A DNA stretch of 57,000 nucleotides, filler included, from Basidioascus undulatus (Eukaryota), in assembly GCA_000826855.1 (NCBI GenBank). It is 5 parts of 5 records of this genome, joined end to end, with 100 filler letters (N's around TTAATTAATTAA, not from the genome) between each part and the next. Parts side by side here need not be neighbours in the genome. Positions count along the whole stretch, not along the records: positions 45,714 to 57,000 come from JTLS01001025.1; 4 more parts are not named here. The stretch is one strand, 5' to 3'. A program made the position numbers and the translations under genes. How positions within the stretch are numbered: the first letter of the stretch is position 1; the number at the start of each line of letters is the position of its first letter. The notes beneath the pieces are model-generated. The model saw only the letters and a list, made by a program, of their open reading frames with translations, had not been told where the DNA came from and ran no database searches. Below, one piece after another: positions 51,212 through 57,000 of the stretch.

Positions 51212-52538
51212 TCATAAGTTCTTCAGCTCCATCCCACCCCACTCGAGCACCCGGAACTTCAGCGTGTCCGCCATGGCCCCCGCCTCGATCCCAATCACGC
51301 TAACCCAGTCCCACTCCTTCCCCTCCGGCCCCTGCTCTGCAATTCAACGCTCGCTAGCATCCTCTCTCAGCCCGCGGAACAGCATGAAGACCCGCACGAC
51401 GACGTCCGGCGCTGAATGCACCCGCAGCTGCGCGGCCTGCTCGTACTCGCGCTGCTGGAGGAAGCGGAGTGCAACGTAGGCGTGCCGGTTGAAGGACGGC
51501 AGCCGAACGTGATGAAGGAGGTGACCGCCTCCGTGTGGAGGCCGAGAGAGGTGAGGGTACGAGAGAAGTAGGTTGCGACGAGCGAAGATGGGAGGACGTT
51601 GGCCGGTCCGGGGCTGGCGCGCGAGGGGTCGAACGCCGGAGGCAAGGTGTTGTCCAGCGCAGGCGTAAGCGGGCGAGGCACGTTGGTTCTGACCAGCTGA
51701 ACGGTAAGCAAACGAATGTGTATGGCGGAGTCATGTGATAGACAAACGCACTCGGCTTCCCAGAACAAATAGCTGTACTCAATCCCCTCCTCGTCCTTCG
51801 GCATTCCATCAGGCGTGGCGAGGACGTCCCACGCGACGCGCTCCCAGCCAGCTTCCGGAGAGGGAGCGATCTTTGCGAGTGGGTAGACAGCGGAAAAGTT
51901 CCGCGAGGGAACGAGCGACAGGTCAACGTTGACCGAGAGCAGCGGAGACGGACTGCGTCGAGGACGTTGTTTCAGTTAACCGGAAGGTGCAAGGTGAACG
52001 ACTCAAAGCTGGGAGAACTCACAAGAGGTAGATTACGGGCTTCCCGCCCGACTGTGGGAGGTAGGCCTCAAGCGTGTCGCCGTCTTCCAGCCCAACGTCT
52101 TCGAGCGTGCGGTCGTGCATGCCTGTAAGGCGCTGGCCACAGAAGACGAACCGCAGGTCCAAGAGAGCTTTCGAGACTTTTTCATCACAAGTGTCGCCGA
52201 CCGCTGCGATAATGTGGTTCTTCGCTGCCGAAAAAAGCTTGCCGAGCTTCGTGTGCGTGCGTATCCCTGTTGCAGTGCGGTCAGCCTCACACAGTGACGC
52301 AGCAGTGGGCAGAGAGATGGACGTGCGAAAGTGTGGGCTGTGGACTACCCCGTCTCAAGTCCATTCGACGTACACCTTGATCTTCTGCGACGAAGACGGT
52401 TGGCTGCAGAATGTGCTCAGCAGGCGGCGCTCCCAGCGGCGGGATGTGGCCCGACACTCAGCTTTCCGATTGAGCGCGCACCGCGACTTGCGGCGGAGGC
52501 GCCGGGGGTGAGAAGACAAGCGTGATTCCCTCGACCAT
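51212..52538 (-). pseudogene. SUMO-like domain fused through di-Gly to a 'KPVIYL' domain; disrupted
   Basis: RIRTHTKLGKLF..LRFVFCGQRL..RTLEDVGLEDGDTLEAYLPQSGG-KPVIYL, WDVLATPDG, YSYLFWEA, FITF[W]LPSF, VRVFMLFRG, FRVLEWGGMEL. Stops at 52355-52357 and 51344-51346, 1-nt deletion at about 51504. Start uncertain. Confidence 0.8.
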
Positions 52539-54120
52539 CTGAGAGAGATCGTCCCAAAGTCTAGCCGATAGGTTGCACTGGCGCGAGCCGATGAGGGCCG
52601 TCATCTGGACGAAGTCGACGAGCTTGCGGGGAATCGAGGGAAAGAGCTCGACGAGCTTTGCGCGGACAGTCTACGCGTAGCGTCTGATCAGTAAGCTCTC
52701 GACGCATCCAGCAGCTTTGAGCCGGAAAGGGACGCACCGCTAGCCAGCATCGCACGAGGAACGGCCTCCGCCACATCCTGTTACACGACCACGAGCAGGG
52801 TCCTCATGGACAAATGCCGCCTACACGCGACCCTTCCCGTCGCACGCTTGTCCCTTTTTGAAATGAAACTCCGACCTGGAGCTGTCTCATTTGTTGGTGT
52901 CTGTAGAGGATATGGTGAGAACTCCCCACAGATACCACAGCAACTCCGCTTTTCAGCCGGAGCGTCTCCAATCAGCGTTTCAGACAGCTGACTCATCATT
53001 AATCATTTAAGGTACTACTACTCAATTTACCAGAAGTTCAATGATACTGGAAAAAATCCTTTCGCCGAAGCGTTCTGCGAATGCCTGAAAGGCTGCTCAG
53101 CATGCATGCGCTGTACAGTGGCGAGACATCCTGTCAACCATTGTAGCCCTATGCAACCATCTCAAGCTACGGTGGCACATGATGACGGTATAATTCCAGG
53201 TCGATCCTGAAGACTGAAGCGTCTGGAGATTGTCCCGCAAGGCTGCTGACCGCCTCGTCCATTGAAGACAACGCTCACATCCTCCCTGAGGGCATCGGCT
53301 TACCTTGAGATATGTTATACCTCAATTAATGGCAAGGGACTCGTTAACTACGGCTTCAAAGCGAGGAGTTGCGAATTCGTGAGTCGTGTCGCTTTCAGCA
53401 GTTGTCCTCCGGTTGCTGAACGGCTGCAGCGCAGTCCCCTCCGTATTAGAGGCGAGTGCACTGCAGCCGTCAATAACACCTTCTGGAACTTTGCCTTGCT
53501 TTTCTTATGTAGAATAAAGACCCGAAAAGAAACGGCATGCGGTTGCTTCGCCCCTGCTCCTTGCTCCCGAGCGTGTCACTCGTTGATGCCACATGAAAAA
53601 AGTAGAACACAGCTTGCACATCTGCGAATACAAATCTACAGGATATGTATCGGCCTGAAGCATACAGCATATGTATCGGCTTGCAGCATACAGACTGAGT
53701 TCGACGTCGGCATGGCTATGGGAGACGTCGGGATCAGGCATACAGTTTGCCGATGGCCTTCTTGAGGCCAAGTTCTCCTTGTTTATCCATAGCTTCTTCA
53801 GTGAAGGATAGAGCAGATCCTGAAATTTTCTTTCCGAAGGTGACCATCGCCGGGTGTCACGCCCATCTGCTCAAGATGCAGGAAGCCTGTCGAGAACTTG
53901 AGCAGCTCATCTGCGACAGACAAGCGATTTCTCATGATAGAGAGGGCGAGTTCTGTACAGGTACCTGAACCACATGAATGAATTTCAACAAGAAACACGT
54001 TTTGCGATATCCCGACTGACAACTGGTGTGGCGGCTGCCGAGAAGCTCGCGCGACCTTGTCCTGCCGCTGTCGGCATGCACTACGCCTTGGACTAAAACA
54101 AGGAGGCAGAAATGCACGAA

Positions 54121-54157
54121 CGAGAATAATTTTAGATCCGAGAATAATTTCAGATCC
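54121..54157. repeat. 18-bp tandem duplication
   Basis: CGAGAATAATTTTAGATC / CGAGAATAATTTCAGATC (1 mismatch). Confidence 0.8.
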
Positions 54158-54447
54158 CTCAGCCTTCCTTGCTTGGCGATGTCTAGGTGACTGGGAACGC
54201 GAGCAAGCGTGCAGCTGACTTGCCCAGATAGCGCTGAAACCACGTCGGCCTTCTCTTCTACGCAGAGGGCTTCACTTAGCTTTGCTGCTAGAAGGCGGAA
54301 AAGCAAGGTATGGCACGCCCAAGCGGGTAGCAGTCGTGTGCGCGCGAAGGTCGTAGTGGGGTCGTTGCATGGGGGTAGCTTACTGGTACAGTGATACAGC
54401 GGGGATCATACAAGGCTGGCGGGGGGTAATGATGTGTGTGCGACTCC

Positions 54448-55294
54448 TCAGATGTAGTACTCAGGTTTACGGGCATTACTGTGATGCGTCAGACCGATGT
54501 CAGCGTCCAGAAAGGCAAGGAACGCAGACGGTAGGAGCGAGAGCGTACATCCCATACTCGCTCAGCGCCGCGGCGAGGTCGTCCATAGCAAGCAGTGTTT
54601 TGCTTCGATCCTGTCGCGAAACCCACAAGTTCAGCAAACAACAGGTATCGATTAGCCAGCACGGTGACACGCACCTTCGCCGCGCCCGTCGGGCGCCCAC
54701 GCCCACCCGGACCGGCCATCGTCCGGATGCGCGCGTACTGGAACGCGTCGGAGGCGATGTCGGATAGGAACTTTTGGGCGGCGAGGGCAAAGAGGCGCTT
54801 CCTTTGAGGCGGGAGGGTTGAGGTGTCAGGTGGACAGGGAGGGGAAGGGGGACGAGTAACGGAGGACAGACGGACAGGCGAGGATCGGAGCATTCGAAGC
54901 CGATGCGGTTCAGGTAGAAGTCGGTCACTTCATCGGGGATCTGTTGGGGTGGGCTGAGCCAGGAGGAACGAAGAGGAACAGAGGGGGGAGAACCACGCAC
55001 AAGCGGCTCATACCCATCCATCAGTTCCAAGAAGTCCGCCAAGCTGCGCTCCTTTCGCGCCTGCTCCTCCTCCTTCCTAGTCTTCGACGGACTAGCCGGC
55101 CCCGCCGTCGTCCCTGTGCCCTGAGATGCTCCGGCAGCTGGCTGCGAGTGGGGCGGCTGGGTGGTCGGCTGGGTGGACGATGGTTGGGAAGGCTGGGACT
55201 GGGACGGCTGGGTCGCGGGTTGGGACGGCTGCGAGTCGGATTGGGAGAGGAGCGCGGGGTCGATCTGCATATCTGAGGAGGCGTTGGTGGACAT
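54448..55294 (-). CDS. TAF10: TFIID/SAGA subunit TAF10, 5 exons
   Basis: LADFLELMDGYEPL|IPDEVTDFYL..GFECSDPRL|KRLFALAAQKFLSDIASDAFQYARIR..|LAMDDLAAALSEYGI|NARKPEYYI*. Confidence 0.96.
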
Positions 55295-55498
55295 TATTGT
55301 GCGGAGTGTGCGGATTGTGGTGGGTCAAGGCTAGGCGAAGGTCGCGTCGCGGCGGTGACTGCGGTAAGAGGGCGCGGACAGGGAGGGCGCGGACTGTCCG
55401 CGGCATCAACACTTTGAGCCAGGAAGTCTCGCTGCCGCTGCCGTCCCTGACCTTGAACCGCTTCCATCTCCATTTCCTTTCTCTTTCTTCCAGCAGCG

Positions 55499-57000
55499 AT
55501 GGCCGACTCAGGCGAGCCGCCGAAAAAGCGCGGCCGGCCGCCATCCAAGCCCCCCGCAGGGGACGCAACAGCCTCAGCAGCGCCTCCAGCGTTCACCTCA
55601 GCCGAGGGCACCCCCGCCGCGTCCGCGTCCGCGCCTAGTGCTGCTGCTGCTCCAGGCCCTGCAGGGCGCCGTCTAGGCACCATGGGCAGCTCGTCCGCGA
55701 TGCCTGCGCCGGGCGTGACGCGCACAAACGAGTACACCCGGACGGGAACGGCTAAGCTCAAGTTTATGCCTACCATCCCGACTAGGAGGAAGAAGGACGC
55801 GTGAGTTTGCGGCGTGCTTCTTTGAACTTGGCGCTATGAGGCTAAAGAGAAAGAGGAGATAGGACGGAAGTGAAGACGGTGCGGCGTTTATGGAGTCAAC
55901 TCCATGGATCGGGGCTGATGTCTGTTCGGGCGACAGGAACCGGGCACGTCTGCTGCTGGGCTGGGCGAGCGTGGCCGTGGACGCGGGCGCGGGCGGGGCA
56001 GAGGTGCAGGGCGCGGACGTGGTGCAGAGCGGCCTCAGATCGAGATGACAGCGTCCGGGCCCTTCGCGATGGGTCCAGCACGAGGCAGTACGTCCTCATG
56101 CTCATCCCCGGCCCCCTTCTGCTTGCCTCCTTCCCTCTCACACCACCTCTCCTCCTTCCCAGACACCTCCCGCGCCCGGCCCACGGGCATCTCCGCGGGG
56201 TCCTCGCGCTTCGCGCCCCCGGGCGCGTCGAACGACGCGGCGGAGCTCACCGGCCGGGGCGCGACGCACGTCGCGTCTGGCGCGCGGGGCGCGCTCGTCA
56301 AGGCTGAGACGGAGCAGTACTCGGACCCGGAGGAGGACGGCGTGGAGGTCATCGACCTCGCGGACGTAGAGGAGATGGATGAGATGGCGCCCGTTGCGCT
56401 GCCGCGCGTTGTGGAGCCCGAGAAGGACAAGAAGGGGAAGGGGAAAGCGAAGGGCAAGGGAAAGGGGAAGGCCAAGGCGGAGGAGGGGGACGCGGAGGCG
56501 ATGGACGTCGATGTGAATGGTTTGTCATTTCTTCTTCCTTCTCCTTCCTTTCTCCTTGCCTTGTACTGACCCCCTGATCTAGTGAAACCCGAGCCCACCT
56601 CGCCCGAGCTCCCCACGTCTACTCTCGCGCCCGAAGCGAAGCAGGACAAAGGGAAAGGCAAAGCGCGTGCAACCTCCTTGCCCGACGACTCGGACGCCTC
56701 CGCCTCTTCCGACGACGACGGCGAGGCGCGCGCGCCCGGCGCGCTCGACCTCAGCGAGAGCGAGAGCGAGGACGAGGACGAGGATCTGGCGGGCGACTTT
56801 ATGCCTGATTTCGAAGCGGATGTACGTCTTTCTTTTTCCTTCCTTCTCCCCGATCTTCTCCGCCTCCCTCTTTTCCTTAAACGAGTTCGCGAAGCTCACA
56901 TACTCTGAGGGAGGACAGCACGACAAGCTCCTCTTCTTCCAGTTCCCGACGCTCTTCCCTTCTTTCACGTCCCCCACCGCCCCGCCCTCCGCGGGTGCCG
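55499..57000 (+). CDS. RPC53: RNA polymerase III subunit RPC4/RPC53, runs off the window
   Basis: KLKFMPTIPTRRKK, RG repeats, MTASGPFAMGP, acidic tract, and LLFFQFPTLFP at the start of the C-terminal RPC4 domain. Confidence 0.88.

Noticed and set aside
33938..51346. In-frame TGA at Trp positions as an alternative genetic code or readthrough
   Set aside because: Intact genes use TGG for Trp and TGA as stop (e.g. 30049, 54448), and the affected genes also have frameshifts.
38290..52538. SUMO-like fusion plus STUbL-like RING genes as one linked system
   Set aside because: They lie on different contigs separated by a linker, and I could not identify convincing SIMs in the RING protein.

Overview
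Eukaryotic, intron-rich, GC-rich fungal DNA. Gene content and splice signals look like a basidiomycete, probably Pucciniomycotina/Microbotryomycetes (inference). It is not one locus: five contigs of about 11.3 kb are joined by artificial 100-bp linkers (44 N + TTAATTAATTAA + 44 N), so neighbourhood across linkers means nothing. I spliced the genes by hand. Apparently intact genes: a 4x C2H2 transcription factor, PLPBP/YggS, Ntr2/GCFC, a FAD/folate mitochondrial carrier, a DCAF5-like WD40 protein, EFM5, TAF10, RPC4/RPC53, tRNA-Lys(CTT), RRM proteins, a GPI surface protein and a C2H2-RING E3. Many accessory genes carry stops, frameshifts or broken splice sites: AlkB-like, a SUMO-like/KPVIYL fusion, C2H2-RING copies, a GPI paralog, a Mug135-like gene and an F-box gene. 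There is also a dead PIF/Harbinger transposase and a TSD-flanked, dimeric, hairpin-rich SINE-like insertion. The best leads are the SUMO-like fusion, the selective gene decay, the SINE-like element and an apparently mitochondrially targeted Nsr1/Gar2-type RRM protein. I see no multi-gene novel system that can be firmly supported. Exon boundaries and family names come from motif recognition, not database searches.
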